In this document: one piece after another, positions 46,356 to 58,645 of the stretch
Numbering within the stretch: the stretch's first letter is position 1
How the letters are laid out: every line of letters starts with the position of its first letter
Origin: Azolla caroliniana
Taxonomy: Eukaryota > Plantae > Polypodiophyta
Reading direction: 5' to 3'
Assembly: GCA_043228905.1 (NCBI GenBank)
Contig: JBHGNT010000007.1
Span: 682,001-746,000 of the forward strand
Length of the DNA: 64,000 nt
The notes under the pieces: generated by a model
Database searches by the model: none
Told to the model about the DNA's origin: nothing
Seen by the model: only the letters and a program-made list of their open reading frames with translations
Position numbers and translations under genes: made by a program

Positions 46356-49300
46356 AATCTTCACGACAACGTTCTTCGCAAGGTGGATGGCACTTTGACT
46401 CTCATAGTAGAGCCGATATTCCTCCTGTTGGATCCCTAGCTCTCCGATGAAGTCCTATATCCAAATTATCTCCTTGCCGGCTTCCACAATGGCCATGTAC
46501 TCTGCCTCCGTGGTTGACAACGCAACCTTCTTCTGCAACGTCGACTGCCATGAAATAGCTCCCCCTGCACAAGTCATGACATATCTGGATGTGAACCGGC
46601 TGGTATCTGCATCAACCGACATATCCGAATACGTGAATCCATCGAGTTGGGGTTTATCAGAGCCGAATCGAAGGCACATACTCGAGGTGCCTTTCAAATA
46701 ACAGAGTACCCACTTGAGCGCATTCCACTGCTCTCTTCTGGGGTTGCTCATGAACCGGTTCACCACTCCGACTGCATATCCGATATCCGGCCAGGTACAC
46801 TTCATTGCGTACATCAAGCTCCCGACGGCAGAGGCATACGGTATCTTCATCATATCCGTCTTCTTTACCTTTGTCTCCGGGCTCTGCTTTTTGGATAGCT
46901 TGCAGTTTGCCGGAAGTGTCGATTCGACCGGTTTCGCATCCGACATGTTGAAACGATGAAGCACCTTCGTCACATACTTTTCCTGTGACAGCCACATCAG
47001 CTTCTTCGACCGGTTCCGGATGATGTGCATTCCCAATATCTGTCTTGCCAGACCCAAGGCTTTCATTGAGAAGGTCCAGTTCAGAGACTTCTTCAGCATT
47101 CGTATCTTGACTTGGGCTCATTCGACTATCAACATATCATCCACGTATAGGAGCAATATCAGGAAATCTCCACCATCAAATTTCATCACAAAGACACAGT
47201 GATCATTTTGCGTCTTGTGGTACCGTTGATCCGTCATGAAGGAGTCAAACTTTCAGTACCATTGCCAGGGGGCTTGCTTCAGTCCGTATAGGCTCTTCTT
47301 CAACTGGCACACCTAGTGCTCCTTCCCTTTCTTCACGAATCCTTCCGGTTGCTGCATGTAGACCTCCTCTTTGAGGTCACCATGGAGGAACATCATCTTG
47401 ACGTCTAGTTGCTCTACTTCGAGGTCCCCAGCTTCCCACAGTGGAAGCAAGTAGGCCTCCCCCTTGACTTCGACCTCATCCCCGATTTGTCTCGGTTCTG
47501 GGGACTCCGATACCGGCCTCTTTCCCGGTTGCGGTCATCTTCTGTGACCAAGGACTTCGGATCAGTTCCGGACTCCCGATCCTTCTGGCGAGCTTCTTCA
47601 TCTAGCAGGCTTGATTTTACCCTTGTCGGGGACAATTGTTTTCCTTCCGGCCCGGCGTTTCCCAACATGACGACTAACGTCTCCCAGCTATCCGAGAGGG
47701 AATAGAGCAGGAGTAATGCGAGTACCTCATCGGCGAGAGGTACTTCCAACGAGGTGGCTTGGTGTATCAACCCCTGGAATGCATTCATGTGCTCCGCCAT
47801 ACTGGAGTTGTCTTGGTACCGGAGCCTCACTAGCTTCCGAAATACCGAAACCCGATTAACGACATTTTTGTTTTGGAACATGATCCGATCATCGCCCAGA
47901 GTTCATGAGCCTTGCTTTCTTCGTTGAAGTTGTTGCACAGGCTCATATGAAGCACCGGAGGTATGCTGTCATCTTCATGTGCATCACCTCCCATGTTGTG
48001 GCATCGAACTTGTCCGGTTTTGCATCCCCGAACTGTACCGGCAACCGAAGATCTTTAACCACCAGCATGTCCCTCATCTTCGACTTCCACACTGAGTAGT
48101 TGGAGCCGGTGAGCTTGAACATGCTGCCGAATAATTCTTCCATTCTTGTGTTGTTCGCTTTGATACCAGTTTGTAGAGAATAGCGTGGAATTCTTCTTGG
48201 CCACAACCGAGTCTTTGATCACTTCAATACTAATTAAACACAAGAAATGGGGAAGTAGAGATGAACACTAAACAACAAAGAGAGTACACAAGATGTTTAC
48301 ATGGAAAACCCTAATAGGGAAAAACTACGAGAGCCTAGAGACTCCAAACTATCACATTATATGAGAGGAAAACCAAGTGGATGCACAGAGGTAACGACCT
48401 CGTGCACTCGATCTTCGCTAGGTGGCAGTTACAACAGAAAAGCTCGTAGTAGCTTTTTTCTCTCTCTCTCTTTCTCTCTCTCTCTCTGTACAACAGTTAC
48501 AACTACAACAATAACCACTGTGTATCTCACTATCACTAAGTGTTTGCCCTAGGTCATATTTATACTTATATGACCTTAGGACTATTTACAAATATAGCGT
48601 TAGTGGGCTTACTCACCAGGTCCTTCTGAATCGGTTTCTGGACCGAAATCCCAACACTTATGAAGAACACCAAATTAGCATAGTAAAGCAAGATCAAAGG
48701 AGGCAGAATGAGAGAGAGAGAGAGAGAGAGAGATAGAAAACGACACATGAAATGTAACTTTATTATTCAAACTCAGAGTTACAATAGAATGAAGAAAAAA
48801 ACTTTTTGCGCTAGGTTACAAGCCTGTTATATACTAATTGGTCTAGGGCATCTGCCCTTTCACATATTTATAGAATTGTCCTACACCTAGTCTATCCATG
48901 GGATAGTGTGAATACGGTCATTAAACACTTGTATTCAACACTCCCCCGTAATGGGCGTATACACTAAGAAGAGAATTGTAATGTAAAACAAAAGATACAT
49001 GTTATACAAAGAGATGCTATGATAGATTGGCTTGTAGCCAAGTGAATGACGACTGAGAGGAATCAAAGGCCGAATCGGCTGGTTCGAGTGTAGAAGCTGG
49101 TTCGGTTGTCAAGGTCGAGTGCTCGAAGCTATCTCTGTTGTTCGACTCGATCAGACTGAATACTCCTTAAGCCCATCTAGTGCCGAAGTGATTGAAATCG
49201 ATCAACCTTTGAGACACTTGGTCATCCCGTTTCATATCTTGTCGGTTGTGGAGATCTTTTCGACGCTGAGCTTTCCTGATGTTACACAATCCCGAACAAA

Positions 49301-49674
49301 GTGATACCGAACGTCGATATGCTTGAAGGCATTGTGATGAATCAGATTCTTTGACAAAACGACAACACCCTAACTGTCACTGCAAATAATTGGAGCCGAA
49401 TTGGGATTGGCTTGTCGAAACATACACACCAGATGACGGAACCATAGAGCCTCTTTCACTGCATCAGACGTACCTACGTATTTGGCCTTGGTCGTTGAAG
49501 TAGCTGTGCACTCCCGAAGTTTCGACTTCCATGAAATTGCTCCATTGCCGAATTTGAAGCAATATCCGGTTGTTGACTTTTTATTGTCCACACAGCCGGC
49601 AAAGTTCGAGTCGGTGTAACCAACTACGCCTGGGTTCTTGTTCGGATTGAAGAGGATGCCAAGGTCTTGTGTGT

Positions 49675-50738
49675 TGTTAAGAGACAAGCTCAACATTGGG
49701 TGCGTAAACGGGTATGTAACATAAAACCGACACAAAATATGACTGTGGCAGTGTTTAAACCGAGAGGCCGTTAAAACGTTATTCCTCGTAAGGCATAGTT
49801 TTGGGAGTTAGTGTAGAAGGCTCATTTATGAGCGGTCAAGTGCTGTCAGTACTTGTGTCAGCCCAATAGTCGGGGCTTGTATAAAAGGTGCTCAATGAGC
49901 ACGAAATATTTCCAAAGAACATACAAAGATCTATTTTTGAATATAGTGTGGTGTTTCTGCTCTCTCTCTCTCTCTCTCCCTCTCTTTCTCCGTGATTTCT
50001 GTGTTTTAAAGAACTGTGTACTTTGTGTTCTTATGCATACGCTTCCGCACACGTATTCCTTTACATGGTATCAGAGCGCGAGGGTTGAGACTCCTCTACA
50101 GCTGACATAAAACCTTGCGATAAAGACAGAGTTAAGTTATTGTTTTCGGAAAGGATAAGACAACAATATGGACAAAGGAATGGGAAGCTTGCTACCGACT
50201 GAGAAGCTCGACAGGAGCAACTACGCATCTTGGTCGTACAAGATGCACTAGTACCTACTTGGTCATGGTTATTGGAGTTATGTCGAAGGAGCTAATGATA
50301 CAACACCCGAATCGACACACAGAGATTTTTTGGCTTGGGAACAAGTGGCAAGCAGAGTTCTTTTCTGCTTCGCATCTTGTGTGAGCGACCAACTCTTGAG
50401 CTACATTCGGGATGCTAAGACGCCAAAGGATGCGTGGGTGAATCTCAAGAGGATTTTTGTCGCAAGCACAATGGCCAGGAAGCTGTAGCTCAGGCAAGAG
50501 CTCAACAATGTCCGACAGAAAGACCTATTTGTGGCCGATTACACGGCCCAAATCAAGGAGATCTGCGACTCTCTCGCCTCCGTCAACGTGAATGTTGAGG
50601 AGGACAAAATGGTGCAGGCTTGTCTTGGAGGGTTGGCATCAATGTTCGGAGCATTCCGAATGGCAGTCTGCAAAAGGGACATTACGCCTTCGTTCTTCGA
50701 GCTTCAATCGATGTTGCTCGTAGCGGAAAATCACGCGG
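49675..50738 (+). mobile_element. Ty1/Copia element M (Bryco-like): 5' LTR, PBS and degenerate gag; interrupted by N
   Basis: LTR 49675-50065 TG..CA; PBS TGGTATCAGAGC 50066-50077; gag MDKGMGSLLPTEKLDRSNYASW from 50168. Confidence 0.9.
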
Positions 50739-53339
50739 TGTCGCGTTGCTACGCGTGTGCGTGGAGAAGGGCGGGACCACGGGGGTCTTGGACTAAGGAG
50801 TAGAGGAGAAGGAATCGGACATGGAATGGAAGCTTTGCTCAAGAAGAAGAAGAATGAACAAGAGATTAGATCGAACAAGAGGAAGATGGAGACAAGATGA
50901 TCAACAAGATATATTAAAACGAAATGAACGATTACAAAATGGTGGCCGCATAGGCCGCACCAAACGACTACCCGAAACCCTAACCAACGACTATGAAGAT
51001 AAAGATAAAGAAACCCTAACCGACGACTATGAAGATAAAGATAAAGAAACCCTAACCCTAGCCCTAACGCTTGACCTATGTGGTATACCTCGCACACTCA
51101 AAATAGGCAACCCCCACAATGGTACCTTCCCTCTCCTTTTATAGCACAAGGAGGGAAGACCGTTTACAAAAGTGAGACTAAAATATCCCCTTTCATTCAA
51201 AGGGGATATTTGCCTTGATTTGGGGAGGGTGAGATTGATGGCCCCTTAACTCCCACCTCCACACAAACAACTAGGTACCTATGTACCACATAGTACCTCT
51301 CTCTCTCTCGCGTGTGGATGTGCGCACAAGACCACATCACCTTTATACCTTAGGGATCCTATGGGGCATTTCTAGCTCCATACACTTTACCCTTATTACT
51401 ATTACAAATACATTATGTACGTGTGCAACGTTGCACATCGCTCTTTAGCTCTCGTTGCTCAGGTTTCCGCTTGTGGACGAAAATCTTCACGACATCCGCC
51501 CCCACCTAACCGCACATCCACCGGTATGTGCCAAAACATAGGGGAGAGAACACGAGATTTTCGGCCACGACGACCGACCGAGTCCTTAGCGTCCTCGTGG
51601 GCCTGCCTGGTTTTGTCTTCCACTTCGAGCAAGACCACCCCGTCCACACGAACCACCGCCGCCTTCCGGTCCACCATCCTCACCGAATGGTCTCGAACCG
51701 TCGGCGCCATCTGATCCGCCACAGTCGACGATGTTCGCCGAGTCGTTGCCTCCACCCGATCCGCCACGTCCACCGTGGGTCCTCGAACCACCGACTACAT
51801 CCGACCCGCCGTATCCGATGCCCGTGCTTTCCTCCCCGTTCGGTCCTCCCGAACGCTGTCGCCGACCCGGTTGCTCTTCCTTTATCCACCTCGTATATCC
51901 TCCAGATGCGCTCCCGGTCGCATGCCAGATTCTGCCCTTTGCGTGTTGCGCACCTCGGCGTGCCAACTCTCTCCGCTCCGCGCTTGCCTTCCGTCGGCTT
52001 TCCCCGTTGTTCGCTGTGCTCTCTCGCGGTAGCGCGTACCGTCATCCCGACCTTCGTGTCGGTGTCCCTCGAGGCTCTTGTTACCGCCTCACCTCGACTT
52101 GCGCCCTCTTGGCCCGCTTGGCCTTGTATGCCCTCCGAGAAGCCGCCACGCTTTCTCTTCCCGGTGTGTACCCCGTTGTTCTCCATGCATCTCCTCCGTT
52201 TTCCTAGATACGACTCTCCGCTCATGCCGATCGCGCTCGGCCCATGTTGTTGATCTTGGTGTTTCGCCACGCCGTCCTTCGTCCCGTGCTTGCCTCTTGA
52301 AGGCTTGACCCGACCGTCATCGTCGGTGAATCGTTGTCGCCCATCCGCCGTATGCATGCTTGTGTCTTGGCCCTCCACCGGCCGTATTGCATGAGTCTCG
52401 TGTCGCGCTTCCACCGTAGACCCGACCTTCGCGTCGGTCTCCAACTCCTCGCCGCCATCCACCATTTCTTCGGTCTCCCTTCGATCCGCGACCGCCAATG
52501 CCTCACGGATAGGTGTGGAGGGTTCCTCCCACTCTCGGTCCACCACCGAGTCCTCGCCTCTCAAAGGCTCAATCGGTCCACCGTTTCCGGTCACTCGTTG
52601 ACGCTTCCCCGAGTGCATGCTTGTTCCTTGACCCTCCGCCGGCCGTAGTGCATGCTTCACTTCACGCTCATCCGCCGTAGACCCGACCTCCGCGTCGGTC
52701 TCTTTGTCCTTCCCACACCGAGCATCCGCTCCGGTACCCGATTCCGCATTGTCTTCCAACTCCTCGCCGCCACCCGCAATCTCTTCGGTCTTCCGTTGCT
52801 CCGCAACCACCGAAGTCTCAAGCATAGGTGTGGAGGGCTGCTCTTGCTCTTGGCCTCTCACCGACCCGTACTCGTCGTGCCCAGTTAGCTGTTACCGGCT
52901 GGCAAAGGAGTCCAGAGTGGGAAACGGAGAGCTAATTAAGTAGTAGGAATGTGGTTGTAATTAAGCTATGAGTGTGGACGGACGGACTGGAATCGGTATG
53001 CCGTTCCGGATCCGGACCGATCCCGAACAGGTGTGGATGGCACCGTTTTGTAATATAGACCGGAAACCTATTTAAAGGCCCGGATACAATGTAATAGAGA
53101 GCGGTTAATTAATGAAAGCTTAAGCGTTGTTATCTCTCTATGTTAATTGCCGTTCTGTCTTAATTGTTATATCTTACGCGTGTTATGAAGACGATCCTAA
53201 TAAGTAACTTAATTAAGTCGGATTAAGCATTGAAGTCTAATCCGGTTGCTGTAACACCCTTTGGTGAAGTGTCTCCCGTAGACACCCTGTGTTAGGCCAT
53301 TGTCCGGCCCGAAGAGTTAACACAGTTTTTGGTGACCAC

Positions 53340-56300
53340 GATGCCTTTGAACAGACATGGGAAGCCAACCTTGTGTCCCAACGACTGACCCCAGAAGAAG
53401 AAGAACGCTCAAAGATAGCGGAATTTGGTGTCACATTGGAGGGACCAACAGCAAGATGGCGTCGGACGCATGACCCGTCTACCATCAACACCTTTGCAGA
53501 TTTAAAAGCTAAATTCATGCATTTTTTTCAAAAGGAGGTGGACCAGACTGTAATGGTAGGCTTATTTTATACCATCCGGCAAGAGGCAAGGGAGAGCATT
53601 CCCCAATTTGTCATCCGGTTTCAACGGATGCATAGTCAGCTTGCCCGTGCACCCCCGGAGGAGGAATTACAGACGATATTCCTAAACGTGCTCCGGGAAC
53701 CCCTACGCACGGTTTGCACGGTAATCGATTTCCGCACAAGTACCATCGACCAGGTCATTGACCGGGTGAAAGAGATGGAAAAGACAAGCTCCTGGCTCAC
53801 ACTGGGCGCACTTCAACGGGCGTTACCGTCCGATGAAGACCTCCGGTTTTAGCAAGCAATACAGTGCACAACCTGCTTGAATTCCGGACACTCGGCTCTA
53901 GAATGCACTATGAGGACGCAATGTGTAATCTATCAATCCAAGAGCCATACGACGGATAGGTGCGAGTATAATCTGTTGAATCGGCAAGCATTGCCCGTCC
54001 GACAAATTGAGCCACGCAGCAGCCGGGATGAAGAAGACGAACGTTGGCGGCGAATGGACCGTGACCGACCGGCACAGGATGTCCGGTATGGCGAGCGACG
54101 GGAAAATGATGTCCAGTATGGCCATCGACGGGAAAATGATGTTCGGTACGGTGATCGACGAGATAACTATGACCGACATGATCGGTACCAGGATTACAAT
54201 AGACGATACGAGCAGTACGACTGGGAGCACTCCCCCGGGTATCGTCAGCAACGGGAGGAATACGGCAGATATAACGGGCAACCCCGTCAAGAGTACCGTA
54301 ATAAGAAGAGCTATAACAAAAAACGGCATTTTAAAAAAGGCGGCTACCCCCAGGATCCGGAACAAGGAGCTCCAAGTAGCCAACCGGTACAAAACCCCGC
54401 GCGTACCGTAGGACCTGCCCCGGGCACAACAGACAATGCCGAATCTAGCAATACCCGGAAGGCCTACTGCTACTACTGCCGACAGGAAGGCCATTATAGT
54501 AACCAATGCCCGGTGAAGAGCTATGAAAAACGACCGACGGTAAATATGGTAGTCCCTGAGGTGGCAGACCTGCAGCAAGTGACCACAAGGTTGAAGGGCA
54601 TGGCCAAAGAATGGGAGACACAGGAAACCATCCGGAAACAAACAACGGAATGGGTAAAGAAAGCAAACGAGCAGAATGTCACAGACTTACAGCAGCAAAA
54701 GGAGAACACCGCAGGGCTTGCCGGCGGCAGTCACTCCGAGAACGAGACATGGCAGGCGTTGCAAGAATGCCAGATCACGTTACCACTAGGAAGACTCCTA
54801 CAACTCGTGCCAAGATTCATGGAAGGACTGAAGACGGCCATGACGGCAGGAGAACCATCACCGGCACCGGTACACTTCTCGAATCCGGAGGAGGGACCAA
54901 CGGTGGTAGACACCAGCAGTCCGGTAATCACTGCCATTGTAAAAGGGAAAGAACTCCCCGACACAGTTATAGATGGAGGCTCTGGGGTAAATGTAATAAG
55001 CCTCCGGACGTGTGAGGACCTAGGAATCCACGAGTGGGAGCCGTGTCCGTTCTGGTTGCGGATGGCCGATACAAGCTCAATGCGGTCAACAGGATTAATA
55101 CGGAAATTAGAAGTCACCGTCGGCGGGCATACATTTCACATCTCGGCCGTAGTGCTACAATTACAGGCACAAGGCGCATACCTGCTATTGTTGGGGCGGC
55201 CATGGTTGAAAATGGCACATATCAAACAAAATTGGCGAAAAAATATAATTACCTTCCGGCAAGGAAAAGCCAAGGTACGGGTACCAACACAGTCAAGGAC
55301 GAGCACTGGCAAGGAATGTACACCGTTGTATGCGGAATGCGTCAACATGCTAGAAGGGTTAGCGGACGAAGAAGAAGCTCAATACCTGCAGGAAAACCCG
55401 AAGATCATACCCCTCTTCGAAATTGACATTGCCGAAGCCATAGGACCATACTTACCGCAACCGGAAGAGGCGGAAGCAGAACCGGATAAAGACGCAATCC
55501 GGGAGTTACGGCAAGCGCAGGAAGCGTTGGAACGGGAAATGGCCGTTTCACAGAGCGTAAAAGCATCGCAACTAGAAGAGGTGAATTTAGGCACCACGAA
55601 CGAAGCAAAACCGGTGCACATCGCCAAGGAGATGAAGTCCGAAGACAAAACGGTGATGATAACACTTCTCACAGAATTCCGGGATGTGTTCGCCTGGTCA
55701 TACGAAGATATGCGAGGACTCGACCCTCAGTTATACCAGCATCAAGTGCACTTGAGCAAGGACGCAAAACCAGTGGCACAAAGACGGTACCGGATGAATC
55801 CCAATTATGCTGCCAAGGTCAAGGAAGAAATCGACAAATTGCTAAGAGTTGGCTTTATCTGTCCGGTAAAGAAAGCGACATGGCTGAGCCCGATCGTAGT
55901 CGTACTGAAGAAGAACGGAAAAATTCGAGTTTGCGTGGACTACCGGAAAGTCAATGCGGCTACGATAACGGATGCGTTTCCACTTCTGTTCACATATGGA
56001 GTGTTGGATGCCGTCGCCGGCCACGAGGTCTATAGCTTCCTAGACGGATTCAGCGGGTATAATCAGATCCGGATGCACCCCGACGACCAAGATAAAACGA
56101 CATTCGTCACCAAATGGGGGGTGTTTGTGGCCGTGGTGATGATGTTCGGACTCAAAACGGCACCGACAATGTTTCAACGAATCATCATGGAAATCTTTGG
56201 TGAATATATATCGGCTTTTATGCAGGTTTTCCTTGACGATTTCGCCGTCTATAGCCGGGAGGAGGACCATTTTCAGCACCTCCGTCTTTGTCTAGAAAAG

Positions 56301-58490
56301 TGTAGAGCGTACCGGCTAAGCTTGAATCCGGCAAAGTGGATATTTGGCATGTCCAGTGGAACTTTATTAGGACATATCGTGAGCCAGGAAGGTATTGTAG
56401 TCGACCCGGACAAAGTGAAAGCCATATTAAAAGCACCGGCGCCGGCAACGGCAAAGGCATTAAGCCGGTTCTTAGGCCAGATCCGGTGGCACAGCCGGAT
56501 GCTCCGATACTTGGCCGACCTGGCTACACCGTTGCATGCCGCCGTACATCGGACACCATTCCAGTGGACCGATACTGAGGATAGGGTGTATAAGGCCCTC
56601 AAGGTACTATTGTCGCAGGCACCGGTAGTACAACCTCCGGATTGGAGTAAAGAATTTCACGTGTTTGTGGACGCCTCCGACATCGCAATCGGAATCGTAC
56701 TGATGCAACTTACGGAACCAAAGTGGTACCGGCCAGTGTACTATGCCAGCCGGAAGCTATCCCAAGCAGAACGGAACTACTCTACTACGGAACGGGAAGC
56801 TCTAGGAATGATCTACAGTGTGACAAAGTTTCGGCACTATTTATTGGGAAGGAAGTTTTCCTTCCATGTAGATCATTCGGCACTCCTTTACCTGGTGTCC
56901 AAGGCGTCACTCACCGGCAAATTGGCCCGGTGGACCTTATTGTTACAGGAGTTCGAGTTTGAAATATTCCCCCGACCTAGTATACAGCATGCCGTAGCGG
57001 ATTACTTAAGCCGATTAGAGTCCGGAGAGACGGAGGACAGAGTACCGGATGAGTTTCCGGATGCAGAGCTGTTTCGAGTCACTACGGAGACGGCAGCAGA
57101 TGAGACAGTGGCCCAGGAAGACAAGTGGCTCACAAATATGCACCAGTTTTTTAGCACAGGACTGCCTCCGGAAGAGCAGAACTGGGACGAACGGAAACGC
57201 CTGGCGGTACAAAGCCGACATTTCTGCTTACTGCAAGACACACTATACCACAAGGACGCTGACGGCATATGGAGACGGGCGGTGCACAGCGATGAAAAGG
57301 AACTGATACTGAGGGAAGCCCACTGCGGAGTTGCCGGAGGTCACTATGCAAGAGATGCGACGACCAGAAAAATATGGCAAAGTGGCCTATGGTGGCCAAC
57401 GACATTAACAGATGCGGTATGGTACGCAAAAGAATGTGACCTATGCCAGAGAATGGGCCAGCCAACGGAGCAGGCTCGTATGCCACACCAGCCGGTACTA
57501 CCACTCGAGCCATTCCAAAAGTGGGGGCTGGATTTTGTAGGACCGTTCAAGCCACCGACAATGAGAACGGGTAATCGGTACGTTATCGTTGCTACGGATT
57601 ACTGCACGAAATGGGTGGAGGCCAAAGCTTTACAGGATAACACCGCTGCGTCAACGGCAAAGTTTCTATATGAGTACATCTGGTGCCGTTACGGATGCCC
57701 CATTGAATTGATAAGTGACCAAGGGGGGCACTTTCTCGGACAAGTAGTGGAAAGCCTAACGACCTTCTATGCCGTGGTCCACAAACGAAGCACACCTTAC
57801 TATCCACAGGCGAACGGATTAGCGGAATCAACAAACAAGACGCTCCAGAATATCCTTCGGAAGATCGTCAACGAGAACCGGACGGATTGGGACACAAAGC
57901 TACATAGCGCGCTTTGGGCATACCGGACGGCATACAAAACGAACAACACCGTTCCGGTTGGCGTTCGGACTCGAGGCGGTCATACCGGTAGAATTTCAAG
58001 TACCTAGCTTACGGATCCAGCTACGAGAACGGCTGAACGAGAAGGAGTCGGAGACAATAAGGTTGACAGCGCTGTGTGAGCTGGAGGAACAACGGTTGGC
58101 CAGCATCCTACATTTAGAATTGGAGCAATGGCGACGGAAAGCATTCGTCAACTGGCATAGGAAAGGTAACGAAAAATGTTCGCAATCGGCAAACCGGTGT
58201 TAGTATTCCAAACCCAGATGGGCAAGATGCCGTGTAAACTAAAGTTTAGATGGACCGGACTGTATTGGCTAACACGGGAGTATAATGCGTCCTACCAGTT
58301 AGGGACACTTGCCGGCGAAGTGCTAGGCAAATGGGTCAACGGATTCCGGTTAAAGGCATATAGAGGACCGATGCCTAAGAACCCATTTGAGCAAAGGACC
58401 GACGGCAACCACCAAGACGACAAAGACGGCAAGCCGGGAACCGGAGAGAATGAGGCCGGTAAGGGTCCGGGAGGACCAACGGACAAGTGA
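53340..58490 (+). pseudogene. gag-pol of O (capsid, zinc knuckles, protease, RT, RNase H, integrase) with a stop at 53852 and 3' frameshifts
   Basis: CYYCRQEGHYSNQC, IDGGSG, LDGFSGYNQI, FLDD, VDAS, GGHY..CDLC, WGLDFVGP, SDQG; no chromodomain. Confidence 0.94.
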
Positions 58491-58645
58491 CATCACAATA
58501 ATAATAATAATAACTGAGAAAAAAAATAATAATAATAATCATGCAAAAGCGAGGAATGAATGGAGGAAAGAGCGTGGAGCGAAAAGGTACGTAGTGGGCA
58601 TTTAAAGCACCACCACAGGACATAATGCTATTTTAAGTAGGCGAC

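Larger units (their letters stand above)
39759..46368 (-). mobile_element. Truncated gypsy-type LTR element K (5' LTR split by H, tRNA-Trp PBS, gag start)
   Basis: LTR 40567-41088 plus 46361-46368, same family as N; PBS complement CATGTCGGGTTCACCA 40547-40562 resembles the 3' end of plant tRNA-Trp; gag-like ORF 39882-40529. Confidence 0.8.
27645..48656 (-). mobile_element. Degenerate, internally deleted Ty1/Copia element J (Tork-like), expanded to 21 kb by nested insertions
   Basis: Partial 3' LTR 27645 to about 27944 matches the 5' LTR 48172-48656; TSD CTTAT on both sides; PBS complement GCTTTGATACCA 48157-48168; gag 47414-48143; RT/RNase H 46369-47424. Confidence 0.88.
27596..49674 (-). 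mobile_element. Ty1/Copia element L, 3' end only: LTR split by J (27596-27644 plus 48662-48940), PPT and RNase H remnant
   Basis: Termini TGTTGGAAT / ATTCAACA; CTCCCCC at 48941; ORF 49370-49735 includes GYTDSNFAGCVDNKKSTTGY..GAISWKSK; interrupted by M at 49675. Confidence 0.78.

Noticed and set aside
53850-53858. Programmed stop readthrough at TAG CAA GCA in O
   Set aside because: Does not match the CAR-YYA context and lies inside gag before the zinc knuckles; more likely a point mutation.
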